DNA of 64,000 bases from the NCBI GenBank assembly GCA_964016885.1, contig OZ024763.1:2976001-3040000 (forward strand). The letters are read 5' to 3'. This document shows, in pieces, positions 1 through 14,510 of the stretch. The DNA comes from Eledone cirrhosa. Its lineage: Eukaryota. The stretch's first letter is position 1. Each line of letters begins with the position of its first letter. The position numbers and the translations under genes were made by a program. A model generated the notes under the pieces. That model saw only the letters and a list, made by a program, of their open reading frames with translations, was not told the DNA's origin and searched no databases.

Positions 1-15
1 CTTGGTAGATTTATC

Positions 16-52
<37 letters not shown>

Positions 53-54
53 AT

Positions 55-393
55 GGAGGCACATGGCTTAGTGGTTAGAGCATTGGCCTTGCAATCGAAA
101 GGTGAGTTCAATTTTCAGACCGGGTGATGTGTTGTTTCCTTGAGCAAGACACTTTATTTCACATTGCTCCAGTTTACTCAGCTGTAGAAATGAGATGATA
201 GGGACCGTGGGGTCCCTATCATTCCACTGCAAAGTGGTCGTGGAGGTGCCACGGCAAAAAAGCACCCAGCACTCACTGTAAATGAGGTTGGTGTTAGGAA
301 GGGCATCCGGCTGTAGAAATCAAGCCAGCATCAGTTCCCGTCCCACCCTTGCAAGCAGGGAAAAGCGGCCGTAAAATGAAATGATGATGATGA
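55..393 (+). mobile_element. tRNA-derived CORE-like SINE with RTE-like tail (family S1)
   Basis: A-box tggcttagtgg, B-box gagttcaatt, core ccttgagcaagacactttatttcacattgctcc, tail ending in (gat)n. Many near-identical copies occur in the window. Confidence 0.85.
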
Positions 394-544
394 TTGTGTA
401 TGTGGATTGTTGAGACTATTTTGTCACAGAATTGTAACATAAGAGCCAGAACAAATATGAATACTGCAAATCATTCTGTCCAACATTCTAAACACTTTAT
501 CAATTTTGTCTTTCTGACATAAACAGGTGTGTAAACAACTGTTT

Positions 545-660
545 GTGTTGATATAGTTACCTGGTGGACAGTAGCTTTGTGTTGACTTAACAGGTGGACA
601 GTAACGCTGTGTTGACTTAACAGGTGGACAGTAATGCTGTGTTGACTTAACAGGTGTACA
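545..660. repeat. 30-bp tandem repeat, about 3.5 copies
   Basis: gtgttgacttaacaggtggacagtaa repeated. Confidence 0.8.
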
Positions 661-881
661 GGTCCACTTTGACAAGTTCTGTGTCCTACCCCCACTTGGT
701 AAATGGTAAATGAATGAGGTCTGGGTCATTGTTGACCTTCAAAGAAAGAAAGATATAGTGTAACTCTGTCTCTTTGTAATAAAAGAGAAAAATAACAATA
801 GTTTGGGACAAATTATTTATTATTGGAGTTTAGCCAATGGTCAGTGGATATTTGCTGTGAAGAACTGGTGATGAGAGACAA

Positions 882-945
<64 letters not shown>

Positions 946-983
946 ATATATACATACACATATATATATATATATATATACAT

Positions 984-1024
<41 letters not shown>

Positions 1025-1320
1025 TGATATATATATATATAGAGAGAGAGTGGTGTCATGTAAAATAAGTTTTGGGCAGATTGCCCACTTCACCCCCCCC
1101 CCCCCCCCCACACACACACTTTGCTGTGTCCTGAGTCCTGAACTACTTTTTTTTTTATTTACCCTTCACTGTGGCTTCTATTGTTTCATGTTGTTGATGT
1201 TAGTAGTTCTATGGTTGGTGGTGGTGGTGGTGGTGCTGGTAGTACTGTTCGTGGTGGTGGTGTAGTACATTGGTAGTACTGTTGGAAGTGGTGGTGTGTT
1301 GTTGATTTTGGCATTCTTGA

Positions 1321-1531
1321 GTACAAAACAACACTATGACTACATCACATTAAATATTAAAGTCTTTACTGTAATACTGTAAATGTCCACAAAAATCTGT
1401 CCACCAGTAAAGATACTATAAACATTTAGTACAAAACAACACTAGGACTACATCACATTAAATATTAAAGTCTTTGCTGTAATACTGTAAATTTTCACAA
1501 TCTGTCCACCAGGAAATATACTTTAAACATT
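1321..1531. repeat. 108-bp tandem duplication
   Basis: gtacaaaacaacacta.gactacatcacattaaatattaaagtcttt at 1321 and 1429. Confidence 0.8.
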
Positions 1532-2229
1532 TGAATTAAGAAACCAGTTTTCAAGTATTTTTTGCTAAATCTTTACTGCATGTCAAGGGTTAAACAAGAT
1601 GTTGGGAGGACCTTTAGTTTGTGTCAAGGACATGGTAGTGTCCTTAGTGCTGGTGATGTCTATAAAAGCACCCAGTACACTCTCTAAAGTGGTTGGTGTT
1701 AGGAAGGACACCCAGCTGTAGAAAGCTGACTAAACAAAGGGTCGAGAGGACCCTTTAGTTGTATCAAAGACATGATAACCTCCCCAGTGTTGATCTACAC
1801 ATTAAAAGCACCCAGTACACTCTGTAAAGTGATTTGTGTTAGGAGGGACATCCAGCTGTAGAAAGTTTGTCAAAGGGTTGGAAGGACCCTTCAGTTTGTG
1901 TCAAAGACAACTTCTCATCTGAACTTGATATGACCCTACGTAAGCAGGGTATAAACCCCTTGGCCTGTCTGGGACATCGGTGGCCCCGTTTCAGTACTGA
2001 CTTGGTCTATATAGTCCCATCCAACCCTTGGTAGCAGGGAAAGTGATGATGATAACGAGTCTTAAACTAAATTATTACAGGTCGTTTGGAGTTAATAAGC
2101 TACTGGCTGAAAGAGGTTTACTAATTAACTAGAATATTCCTTAATGATGTCCAGGTATAATTATTAATTCTACAAACCATGAGCCAACACAAATAACTTT
2201 TTAGGGGGTTGTTTGACCTGCTAGAGACG

Positions 2230-2855
2230 TGTTGTGTGTGTGTGTGTGTTAGAAATATATTGTGTGTGTGTTAGTAATGACATAGTGTGTTAGCAGCAAT
2301 ATACTGTTTGTTTGTGTGTTGGCAACAACAACCTGCATGTGTGTGTGTGTGTTGGCAATATAGTATGTGTGTGTGTGTTGGCAATATAGTATGTGTGTGT
2401 GTGTGTTGGCAATATAGTATGTGTGTGTGTGTGTTGGCAATATAGTATGTGTGTGTGTGTTTACAATAACTGTTGTATGTGTGTGCGTGTATATGTGTAT
2501 ATAGTAGCAATAACAGTGTAATGTGTGTGAGTTAAATGTGTTATCAATACTCTGTGGTGTGTGTGTGTATTAGCTATGTATATATGTGTACGTGTATGTA
2601 CATTATCAATACTCTGTAGTATGTATGTATATATGTGTGTCCTAGCTATATATGTGTACATGTATGTACATTATCAATACTCTGGTGTGTGTGTATGTAT
2701 TAGCTATATATATATGTGTATATGTGTGTACATTATATGTGGTATGTATGTGTGTGTGTGTGTGTGTTAGCTATACACATATATGTGTGTGTGTGTGTGT
2801 GTGTGTGTACATGTATGTACATTATCAATACTCTGTGCTATGTGTGTGTGTTAGC

Positions 2856-2886
<31 letters not shown>

Positions 2887-2940
2887 ATGTATGTACATTA
2901 TCAATACTCTGTGCTATATATATGTATGTGTGTGTTAGCA

Positions 2941-2972
<32 letters not shown>

Positions 2973-3172
2973 ACATGTATGTACATTATCAATACTCTGT
3001 GCTATACATATGTGTGTTAGCTATATATATATATGTGTGTGTGTGTGTGTACATGTATGTACATTATCGATACTCTGTGCTATGTATGTGTGTTAGCTAT
3101 ATATATATATATATATATGCGTGTGTACATGTATGTACATTATCAATACTCTGTGCTATGTGTGTGTGTTAG

Positions 3173-3226
<54 letters not shown>

Positions 3227-3301
3227 ACATCTATGTACATTATCAATACTCTGTGCTATGTATGTGTGTTAGCTATATATATATATGTGTGTGTGTGTTA
3301 G

Positions 3302-3347
<46 letters not shown>

Positions 3348-3441
3348 ACATGTATGTACATTATCAATACTCTGTGCTATATATATGTATGTGTGTGTTA
3401 GCGATATATGTGTACATCTATGTACATTATCAATACTCTGT
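2230..3441. repeat. Compound minisatellite: fixed cores separated by variable (TA)n/(TG)n
   Basis: Core tacatgtatgtacattatcaatactctgtgcta...gtgttagcta recurs about 11 times with variable microsatellite spacers. Confidence 0.85.
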
Positions 3442-3652
3442 CTTCAATTAACATATATTCCCCTCAATGTTTTCTAATTAAATTGACCAAAATTAATTCT
3501 CAGACATCTCTCTACTGTTGATCAGTGAGTGAGGCTAATTAGAAGAATTGCTTCCTTCGTTACTATTCTACTTAATGTTCTTTGATTACAGTCACATTAA
3601 CATCTCTAGATCTGTTATTGGTATTATTACTGCAGCTGTTGGTCCTTCCAGT

Positions 3653-3688
<36 letters not shown>

Positions 3689-3774
3689 TTACATTTGATT
3701 TCAATGTAATTTCTCAGAGATTGGTGGGAGTAGGGTGAGGGTGTGTGAGAGGTTTAGGGGGTTGTATTGAACAT

Positions 3775-3935
3775 GAAGGCAGCAAATTGGCAGAGTTGTT
3801 AGAACGTCAGATAGAATACTTTATGGTATTCGTTCCAGCTCTCTGCTTTCTGAGTTCAAATCCCGCCGAGGTCAACTTTGCCTTTCATCCTTTCTAGGTT
3901 GATAAAAAAAGTACCAGTCTAGTACTGGGGTTGAT
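3775..3935 (+). mobile_element. tRNA-derived SINE, family S2
   Basis: A-box tggcagagttg, B-box gagttcaaatcc, body gtcaactttgcctttcatcc...gataaa..aagtaccagt. Related pieces at about 17182-17300 (+), 25110-25235 (-), 38715-38840 (-), 43400-43620 (-) and 55795-55985 (+). Confidence 0.8.
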
Positions 3936-4859
3936 TCTTCCTCTATATCTCTTTCTCATTTCCTCTCTCTCACTTACTTTCTCTGGAAGAAATCTGCTGA
4001 ACTCAGACCTGGAGAGGGGTGGGCTCCGCCAGGCTTAAATTGCCCAAGAAATGCTGTACGGCACCCCTATGACTCTATCAGAAGCTACAGGACCATAATA
4101 CGTGTGTGTGTGGGATTTAAGGGAGATTTGGCTATTTGTTCTAGCTTGTTGAGAGCGTGTGTGGTGTGTCCAGGCACCACCTTTAATACCATGTGATGGT
4201 GGAGCATCATATTTAGAAAGAAAACAAAATTAATTTCTTATTGTAATTTAATTTTAAAGACAAAAACATCAGAACATCAGAACAACAAAAACAAAACAAA
4301 AGCCACTGTATTTTGGATCAATTATAAATTCCATGTTTTTTTTATTATTTCTATTTATCATTAAATTTGTTTGTTTCAATTAAGAAAAAAAAACAATTTT
4401 TTTTTTTTTCATTCTTCAAAATTAGATTTTATCCTTTTTCTTGGATAATTTTTTTTTTTCGTTCTTCAACAAATTCTTCCCCCACCCTCATCACTCTTTC
4501 CCCACCCTCACTGTTCTTCCCCCACCCTCACTGTTCTTCCCCCACCCTCATTGCTCTTTCCCCACCCTCACTGCTCTTTCCCCACCCTCTCCTTTCTCTC
4601 TCTCTCCTACCTACACATGCCTCAACAAATTTTGTTTACTTTAAAAAAACCATCTGTTTTATGAATCTCAAACCACACAGAAATAACAAAACAAAACAAA
4701 AAAAAAATTAAAATGAAACGAAAAAATATAAATTTAAAAAAAAAGGGAAGAAAAATAGATCGGAAGAATTAATGAGAGAACATTGCAAGTGAAAGAAAAA
4801 GAAAGGAAAACTTTGAATAAGAATTCCTTCTCTTTCTGTCTTGTATTTATACCATCCTG

Positions 4860-5705
4860 TTCTATACTGTAAATGTGGTTGGTGTTAGGAAGGGTATCCA
4901 GCTGCTGTAAAACTCAGATGAAATGTGGACCGGTGTGAGCAAAGTATGGCTCGGCCAATTGGGGGCAGTCCCTCCTCATAAGTGTGACCACCCAGTCCCA
5001 CACTATAAACGTGATTGGTGTTAGACATTGACCAGCCATAAAAAACCCAGCCTAAACATGGTCTGGTATGAGCAAGGTATGGCACGGCCAACTGGTCAGA
5101 CTCGTCTCACAACAGGACCACCCTCTTCTACACAGTAAACTTGGTTGGTGTTTGTAAGGGCATCCAGCTGCTGTAAAAACCCAGATGGAATGTGGTCTGG
5201 TATGTGCAAGGTACAAGGTGTCCAACTGGCCAGATTTGTCTTATAAGTGTGACCACTTAGTACCATATTGTAAATGTGGTGTGTGTTGGGAGGGACATCA
5301 AGCAACCATAAAAAAGCAGCTAAACGTGGTTCTGTTTGATCAGTGTATGGTGCAACCAACTGGCAACACCCGCTCCATAATGAGACCACCCAGTTCCACT
5401 GTGAATGTGATTGGTGTTAAGGATATCAACCAACCGTAAAAACCTAGCCTAAAGTTATGGCACGGCCAACTGGCCAGACTTCTCTCATAAGTGTGACCAC
5501 TTAGTTCCACACTGTAAATGTGGTTGGTGTAAGGAAGGGCAACCAGCTGTAAATGTTTGGGCAAGGTATGGCACGGCCAACTGGCCAGACTTCTCTCATA
5601 AGTGTGACCACTTAGTTCCACACTGTAAATGTGTTTGGTGTAAGGAAGGGCAACCAGCTGTAAATATTTGGGCAAGGTATGGCACGGCCAACTGGCCAGA
5701 CTTGT
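4860..5705 (+). repeat. Degenerate tandem array (111-bp period at the 3' end) of a SINE/RTE tail segment
   Basis: Repeated cacactgtaaatgtggttggtgt.aggaagggca.ccagctg; cacggccaactggccagac at 5461, 5572 and 5683. Confidence 0.75.
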
Positions 5706-6919
5706 CACAATGTGGACATATCATCACAAATGGTGACTCAGTTTATATAAGTTTGTTAGCTTACAGCATTCACATCCACCTCCCCTGAGTAGACATGTCA
5801 TTGACCCCCTGGGTAGATCTTGTTGGCTGGCATTTTAATTTTATTTGGTTTGGTTTTGTGTGTATTTACTCTCTCTCTCTCTCCACACATTTACATACAC
5901 ACTCACTCGTACATGTACACACACACTGGCTCACATTTGGTGTTAGACTTAATCCATTGCCTGGTTTAAGAACCACCACCACATCCACAAATCCCCACGA
6001 CCATCCCCGTTACCCCCCACCCACATTCATCCCCCCCCTCCATCTTCACCACCCCACTCCACCTTCACCACCACCATCCCTTTCAGTACTTTTAACCGAC
6101 ACCACCCAGTTGCAAGTATTTAGAGTAAGTTTTTAACACCATCCTCTGACCCTTGGGTATTTTTAATGTACTCCACCCTCTTGCAGACATTCACAATAGC
6201 CAGCTCTCTTATTTGAGGATCCTTTCTCCCTCCCTCTCTGTCTGTCTCTGTCTCTCTCCCTCTCTCTCTCTCCCTCTCTGTCTCTCTCTCCCTCTGTCTC
6301 TCTCTCCCTCTCTGTCTCTCTCTCCCTCTCTCTCTGTCTCTCTCTCTGTCTCTCTCTCCCTCTCTCTCTGTCTCTCTCTCCCTCTCTCTCTGTCTCTCTC
6401 CCTCTCTCTCTGTCTCTCTCCCTCTCTCTCTGTCTCTCTCTCCCTCTCTCTCTGTCTCTCTCCCTCTCTCTCTCCCTCTCTCTCTCGTACAAATCTCAAA
6501 GGCCCTTAAAAAGTCATTAACACAGCCCTTCGATTCCTGACTACACAGTAAAATAAAATAAATGACACCCCCACATGTCTCTCTCTCTCCCCTCTCTCAA
6601 CTTTCCCTTCTCCCCAAAAAAAATTGTTGGCCTTGTGCTTAAATCTGAAACCCTTAACACTTGTGTCCACTTTGATGAAATAAGTCTCTCACATTATTGA
6701 GTGTATGGGTATCTTCTTTGCCCACTTATTCCTGAGAGGGTTGTGGGGGGCCAAAATCCTCAAACACACCTTCCAGCAGGTCCTGTCAGAAGCAACTATC
6801 TCCAACTGATCTGTTTCCAACCTTGTGTCATCAAGACCATCCTTCAATGCTGTGGTTGGCCTACCAACTCAACACACATCCAGTTTCCAGAAAACTATAT
6901 ATATATACACACACATACA

Positions 6920-6960
<41 letters not shown>

Positions 6961-6963
<3 letters not shown>

Positions 6964-7202
6964 TTAAGTCGTTTGGAAGCCTCGACAATGCAAATGGGTA
7001 AATCTCCAGGTAACAAGGTCCGGTGGTGGAGAGAGAGATGTAAGTGGGTGTACGTTGAGATGCGTGGTGTGTATAAGATGTGTGAGATGTGTAGAATGAA
7101 GGGAAGAGTATAAAGGATAAAAATAAAAATAACAACACAAGAGACCTTGTTACCCGGAGATTTACCCATTTGCATTGTCGAGGCTTCCAAACGACTTAAA
7201 GA
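6961..7202. repeat. 60-bp inverted repeat with 122-bp spacer next to (TA)n
   Basis: 6961-7020 is the reverse complement of 7143-7202 with one mismatch. Confidence 0.9.
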
Positions 7203-7248
7203 TATTTACTTATTGTTCCACAATGCTTCAAGCAAACTTCAATACTCT

Positions 7249-7299
<51 letters not shown>

Positions 7300-7639
7300 T
7301 CATCTGTATATATGTTACCAGTACCATGACGAAGTACCTCCTCCAGCTCACCCTGTCTAACATTGCCATCTCAATTTCCCCTGCCTCCAACATAGTGTCA
7401 TCTTCAAGAACATCCTTCAGTGTTGTGGTTGGTCTCTCAACTCATTTACATACATCGGGTTTCCAGAGAAGTATACACACGCACACACATATTATATATA
7501 CTTCTATGCAGCTGTTACCGGAGCAATAACGAAATTCCTCATTGAGCTCACTCTGTGGCTGGTCTCCCAACTAATCTACCCAGATCAGGTTTCCAAAAAG
7601 AAACTCTGCCAGCAGAGTTCATTGTGACATGTATGGCTA

Positions 7640-9440
7640 ATGTGAGCCTGCTACACCTTATGATGTCAGAAATGTGAAAGATGTGAGCCTGCTACACCTT
7701 ATGATGTCAGAAATGTGAAGGATGTAAGCCTGCTACACCTTATGATGTCAGAAATGTGAAAGATGTGAGCCTGCTACACCTTATGATGTCAGAAATGTGA
7801 AGGATGTGAGCCTGCTACATCCTATGTCAGAAATGTGAGCCTGCTACACCTCATGATGTCAGAAAGGTGAAGGATGTGAGCCTGCTTCACCTTATGGCAG
7901 AAATGTGAAGGATGTGAGCCTGCTACATCCTATGTCAGAAATGTGAAGGATGTGAGCCTGCTACATCCTATGTCAGAAATGTGAAGGATGTGAGCCTGCT
8001 ACACCCTATGTCAGAAATGTGAAGGATGTGAGCCTGCTACATCCTATGTCAGAAATGTGAAAGATGTGAGCCTGCTACACCCTATGTCAGAAATGTGAAG
8101 GATGTGAGCCTGCTACACCCTATGTCAGAAATGTGAACCTGCTACACCTTATGATGTCAGAAAGGTGAAGGATGTGAGCCTGCTACACCCTATGTCAGAA
8201 AGGTGAAGGATGTGAGCCTGCTACATCCTATTTCAGAAATGTGAAGGATGTGAGCCTGTTACATCCTATGTCAGAAATGTGAAGGATGAGAGCCTGCTTC
8301 ACCTTATGTCGAAAAGGTGAAGGATGTGAGCCTGCTACATCCTTTGTCAGAAATGTGAGGGATGTGAGCCTGCTACATCCTATGTCAGAAATGTGAAGGA
8401 TGTGAGCCTGCTACACCCTATGTCAGAAATGTGAAGGATGTGAGCCTGCTACACCCTATGTCAGAAATGTGAAGGATGTGAGCCTGCTACACCCTATGTC
8501 AGAAATGTGAAGGATGTGAGCCTGCTACACCCTATGTCAGAAATGTGAAGGATGTGAGCCTGCTACATCCTATGTCAGAAATGTGAAGGATGTGAGCCTG
8601 CTACACCCTATGTCAGAAATGTGAAGGATGTGAGCCTGCTACACCCTATGTCAGAAATGTGAAGGATGTGAGCCTGCTACATCCTATGTCAGAAATGTGA
8701 AGGATGTGAGCCTGCTACACCCTATGTCAGAAATGTGAAGGATGTGAGCCTGCTACACCCTATGTCAGAAATGTGAAGGATGTGAGCCTGCTACACCCTA
8801 TGTCAGAAATGTGAAGGATGTGAGCCTGCTACACCCTATGTCAGAAATGTGAAGGATGTGAGCCTGCTACACCCTATGTCAGAAATGTGAAGGATGTGAG
8901 CCTGCTACATCCTATGTCAGAAATGTGAAGGATGTGAGCCTGCTACACCCTATGTCAGAAATGTGAAGGATGTGAGCCTGCTACATCCTATGTCAGAAAT
9001 GTGAAGGATGTGAGCCTGCTACATCCTATGTCAGAAATGTGAGCCTGCTACACCCTATGATGTCAAATGTGAAGGATGTGAGCCTGCTACACCCTATGTC
9101 AGAAATGTGAAGGATGTGAGCCTGCTACATCCTATGTCAGAAATGTGAGCCTGCTACACCCTATGATGTCAAATGTGAAGGATGTGAGCCTGCTACACCC
9201 TATGTCAGAAATGTGAAGGATGTGAGCCTGCTACATCCTATGTCAGAAATGTGAGCCTGCTACACCCTATGATGTCAAATGTGAAGGATGTGAGCCTGCT
9301 ACACCCTATGTCAGAAATGTGAAGGATGTGAGCCTGCTACATCCTATGTCAGAAATGTGAGCCTGCTACACCTTATGATGTCAGAAATGTGAAGGATGTG
9401 AGCCTGCTACACCCTATGTCAGAAATGTGAAGGATGAGAG
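7640..9440. repeat. 38-bp minisatellite (about 48 units) with indel variants
   Basis: Unit gtgagcctgctacaccctatgtcagaaatgtgaaggat; 29-, 39- and 41-bp variants; 106-bp higher-order unit at 9061, 9167 and 9273. Confidence 0.97.
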
Positions 9441-10069
9441 CCGTAGAGGGGTTTCTTAGTTACGTGTGTTCTCCAGGATATGTTCTGGACTTTCTGAACA
9501 TCCAGGTAAATGTGTCATTAATCCTCTGTGTGTGTGTATTTGTGTGTGTGTCTGTGTGTGCTGTACACGAGTATGTATATGCATTCTGGGTATGTTTATG
9601 TGCATGCTGTGTGTATATATATGTTTGCTGTGTATGTATATATGAGTGTGTGTGTCTTTCCTTATATGCAAACATATACTCACATGCATGTGCATGAACA
9701 CACACCCATCCACACACACACACACCCATCCACACACACACCCATCCACACACACACACACACCCATCCACACACACACCCATCCACACACACACACCCA
9801 TCCACACACACACCTATCCACACACACACACACACCTATCCACACACACCCATCCACACACACACCTATCCACACACACACAAGGCCACTCCACCCCCAA
9901 TAGCTCTCCATATTGTCTTTCTGTCCACCTAACTTCTCGATTTCTGCTTTATCTAGCATAACAGCCGACACCAGCAGCCACATCATCATCACAAATAACA
10001 TTAAATACATACACACACCCACTTACACCCACCAACATATGTAAACTGACATGCACATACATACATACA

Positions 10070-10103
<34 letters not shown>

Positions 10104-10161
10104 AATGCACATATATGCATACATAAGTAAACACATATTCATTATTTCAACATATATACTG

Positions 10162-10194
<33 letters not shown>

Positions 10195-10749
10195 CTGACA
10201 TATACATACAACCACCACTACCACCAACACCACTACCACCAACACCACTACCACCAACACCACCACCACCACTACCACCAACACCAGTACCACCACCACC
10301 ACCACTACCCCGCCATGGTAATATTAGATGTCGTTTAATATTATTTGTAGAGATGTAATTAATCTATCAAACTAGATTGACTGTGGTTGGTGTTGGTGTT
10401 GTTGGTGTGGTTGTTGGGTGTGGTGTTGGTTGTTGTTGGTGTTGTGGTGGTGGTGGTTGTTGTTGGTGTTGTGGTGGTGGTTGTTGATGGTTGTGGTTGT
10501 AGCTGTTGTGGTTGCTGTCGTTGTTGCTAAGAAATTTGTATCTCCTCAGGGTTTTTTTGTTTGTTTGTTTTGGTGGGGGGTAGGTTTAATGCCAGGGCCC
10601 CAGTCCTATCAGTGTGTATGTCATTCCCACCCCCCAGGGCCCCAGTTCTCAGTGTATGCCCCCCCCCCCGGGTCCCAGTCCTATCGGTGTGTCACCCCCC
10701 CCCCCGGACCCCAGTCTTATCAGGGTATATGTGTCCCCCCCCCCAGATG

Positions 10750-11370
10750 TGGTTTTCACACCTACGCAAGTTTAGCTGCTTTCCTCTGTTTGCACCTCAT
10801 AGGTGTTTTAGGGGTGTTTTAATAACAGGGGAGGCCTCAGTCGTATTAGATTATAAGTGATTATCAGATGGTTTTCACACCTACACAGGTTTAGCTGCTT
10901 TCCTCTGTTTGCACCTCATAGGTGTTTTAGGGGTATTTTAATAACAGGGGAGGCCTCAGTCGTATTAGATTATGTGATTATCTCATATTTTCCCCTCTAA
11001 ATCAGGTGGTTTTCACACCTACACAGGTTTAACTGGCTTACTAACAGGTTTACATCTCGTAGGGTTTTCGATTGGAAGTGTTTTAATAACAGGGCTCCAG
11101 TCTTAGTATGTAATCAGCCTATATTTTTTTCCCTTACATCATCAGGGTTTTTTTGGATAGGGGTGTCAATAACCGCCCCCAGTCCTATTAGACTATGTGA
11201 TCAATCCATCTTATTTTTCCTAGATCAGGTGGTTTTTATGGCTATGTAGGTTTAGCTGTTTTGCTCTGTGTTTTACATCTCATAGGGTTTTTAGTGGGAG
11301 GGAGGTGTTTTTATGACAAGGCCTCCAATCCTGTTAGAGTGTATGTGATCCATCTTGTTTTTCCTAGATC
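10750..11370. repeat. Degenerate tandem repeat of about 120 bp
   Basis: ggttttcacacctac.ca.gtttagctgctttcc...taataacaggg recurs at about 10750, 10870, 11008 and 11231. Confidence 0.75.
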
Positions 11371-12110
11371 ATGAGGTTGTGAGTTCGATTCACAGACCAA
11401 GCTGTGTCTTGTTCTTAAGCAAGACACTTTATTTCATGTGGTTCCAGTTCACTCAGCTGTAGAAATGGGTTGTGACGTCACTGGTGCCAAGCTGTATTGG
11501 CCATTGCCTTTCCCTTGGATGACATCATATATATAGTGTTTGTTTGTATATATGTTATGACATCACTGGTGCCAAGCTGTAGGCCTTTGCCTTTCCCCAT
11601 ATAACATTGGTGTTGTGGAGAGGAGAGACTGGTATGCATGGGTGACTGTTGGTCTTCCACAAACAACGCAGCAATAGCTGGGAGTTTAACCCTGCAATGG
11701 ACAGGTGCCCTATCCAGGAGGAAATCTTGTACTCTCAGCTGCTTAATGCCACATAAACTGAGATAATCCTTTCATTACCATATTTCTGTGGAGGCATGTG
11801 GCCCAATGGTAAGGGTGTTGGACTTAAGGGTGTGGCCCAGTGGTAAGGGTGTTGGACTTAAGGGTGTGGCCCAATGGTAAGGGTGTTGGACATAATGTTA
11901 TATGTTCGATTCCTGGACTGGGTTTTGTGTTGTCTTCTTGAGCAAAACACTACATTTTACATTGCCCCAGTCTACTCAGCTAAAAATGAGTACCAGGAGC
12001 AATAGCTGAGGGGAGGAGGGAGTTAACCCTCTGGTAGACTAGCATCCTATCCAAAAGGGGAGGAAGTCAACTCTTCTATTTTCAGTTGTTTAAAGACCAC
12101 AGAAAAACCA
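11371..12110 (+). mobile_element. Two adjacent CORE-like SINE copies (S1-related, different tails)
   Basis: B-box gagttcgattc plus core aagcaagacactttatttca; a second head tggcccaatggtaaggg is locally triplicated at about 11800-11890. Confidence 0.7.
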
Positions 12111-12916
12111 GAGATGAACTTGGTTGTGGTTGTTTGGGGAGGGTTGAGGTTAGTTTCTAGAGGATCTGAGTAACTGAATGGAGAGAGAGAGAGACTCCCT
12201 CCTCTTCAATGGTCCTGGCAATTCCGACATGTTTGTCAGTGCCCCCCCCCCCCCCCCAACACACACTCAGCCTTTAGTTTTTTACAGTTGATGTGATGAT
12301 GTGATGTTTTTGCTACTGTTTAATGTAACCAGCATGGTGCTGTTAATAAACTGGTGGTGGTGGTGGTTGTAGTGGTGGTGGAGATTGTAGTAGTGGTGGT
12401 GTTTGTGGTTGTAATAGTAGTAGTGGTGGTGTTTGTGGTTTTAGTAGTAGTGGTTGTAGTAGTGTGTGGTTGTAGTAGTGGTGGTGTTTGTGGTTTTAGT
12501 AGTGTGTGGTTGTAGTGGTGGTGTTTGTGGTTGTGGTAGTAGTAGTGGTGGTTGTGATTGTAGTAGTAGTGGTGGTGTTTGTGGTTCTAATAGTAGTAGT
12601 AGTAGTAGTGTTTGTGGTAGTAGTGGTGGTGTTTGTGGTTGTATCTATTTTAAAAACATTTAGATATAATGTGTAACAGAAACCTACTTTCAGGACAAAA
12701 CACCCACTCCCTCTTCTCTGTATATATATATGAGTGTATATGTATATATATATGTGTATATATATGTGTATATATATGTGTGTATATATATGTGTGTATG
12801 TATATGTGTGTATGTATATATATGTATATATATATGTGTGTATATATATGTATATATATATATATAAGTGTGTGTGTGTATATATGTATATATATATGTG
12901 TGTGTGTATATATATG

Positions 12917-12947
<31 letters not shown>

Positions 12948-13070
12948 ATATATATGTGTATATATATGTGTGTAGGTGAATGTGTTTGCAGAGAGAGGGG
13001 GTGTATTGGGGGAGTGCTAGGAATCCCTTCAAAAACTACCAATTTTGACATCTGTATTTTATTTCCTGTT

Positions 13071-13112
<42 letters not shown>

Positions 13113-13227
13113 AGTATATATATATACTCACACACGCTATATACATATACGTACATACACACATATATATCATTATATATATATATATAATTTGTTTACA
13201 CTTAAAATACAGATGTATCTATATCTA

Positions 13228-13269
<42 letters not shown>

Positions 13270-13349
13270 TATATATACACACACACACATATATATACAC
13301 ACACACACACATATAATTACGCACAAACACATAAGTTTTTGTCTTCCAA

Positions 13350-14510
13350 CATCACTACCACCAATACTACCACTACTATCACCACCACTATCACCACCAC
13401 CAACACCACAACCACTACTACCACTACCATCATCACAACCACTACTACCACCACCACCACTACAACTACCATCATCACACAACCAATACTACCATCATCA
13501 CAACCAATACCACCACCACCACTACTACTACCATCACTATCACTACTACCACCACCACCACTAGTACTACCACCACCACCACTACTACTACTACTACTAC
13601 CACTACCACTACTACTACTACCACCACCACCACTACTACCACCACCACTACTACCACCACCACCACCACCACCACCACCACCACCACTACTACCACTACT
13701 ACCACCACCACTACCATCACCACCACCACCACTACCACCACCACTACTACTACCACCACCACTACTACTACCACCATTACCACCACTACTACTACCACCA
13801 CCACCACCACTACCACCACCACTACTACTACTACTACCACCACCACCACCACCACCACTACCACCACCACCACCACCACTATTGTGGGAGACATGTATAT
13901 AACCTTTTTTTAAATTTTTTCTTCTATTCTCATCATTTTGTCCCCCCCCCCTCCTTGACCTATAAACTCTGTTATTTTTATCATTAGTATTATCATTGTG
14001 GTGTCATTGTTGTTGATGTTATTGTTGTTGTCACCATTGTTGTAGTTACTGTTGTTATTGTTGTAGTTGTTGCAGTTGTTGTTGCGGTTGTCATAGTTGC
14101 TGTTGTAGTTGTTGCAGTTGTTGTTGTAGCTGTTGTCATAGTTGCTGTAGCTGTAGTTGTAGTTGTTGTTGTAGTTGTTGCTGTAGTTGTTGTTGTAGTT
14201 GCTGCTGTAGTTGTTGCTGTAGTTGTTGCTGTTGTAGTTGCTGCTGTAGTTGTAGTTGTTGTTGCTGTTGTAGTTGCTGCTGTAGTTGTAGTTGCAGTTG
14301 CTGTAATTGTTGTTGTTGTAGTTGTTACTGTAGTTGTAGTTGTAGTTGCTGCTGTAATTGTTGTTGTTGAAGTTGTTGCTGTAGTTGTTGTTGTAGTTGC
14401 TGCTGTTGTTGTTGTAGTTGTTGTAGTTGTAGTTGCTGCTGTTGTAGTTGTTGTAGTAGTTGCTGCTGTAGTTGTTGTTGTAGTTGTTGCTGTTGTAGTT
14501 GTTGCTGTTC
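13350..14510. repeat. (CCA/CTA)n and (GTT/GCT/GTA)n trinucleotide tracts
   Basis: Direct inspection; these tracts produce the poly-P, poly-V and poly-N pseudo-ORFs. Confidence 0.95.

Noticed and set aside
55-125. tRNA gene calls at SINE heads
   Set aside because: A and B boxes are present, but there is no closed acceptor stem and every copy continues into a SINE body.
2230-3441. CRISPR-like look (constant repeats with variable spacers); similar at 20360-20790 and the 56-61 kb islands
   Set aside because: Spacers are microsatellite or low-complexity sequence of variable length, the context is eukaryotic, and there are no cas genes.
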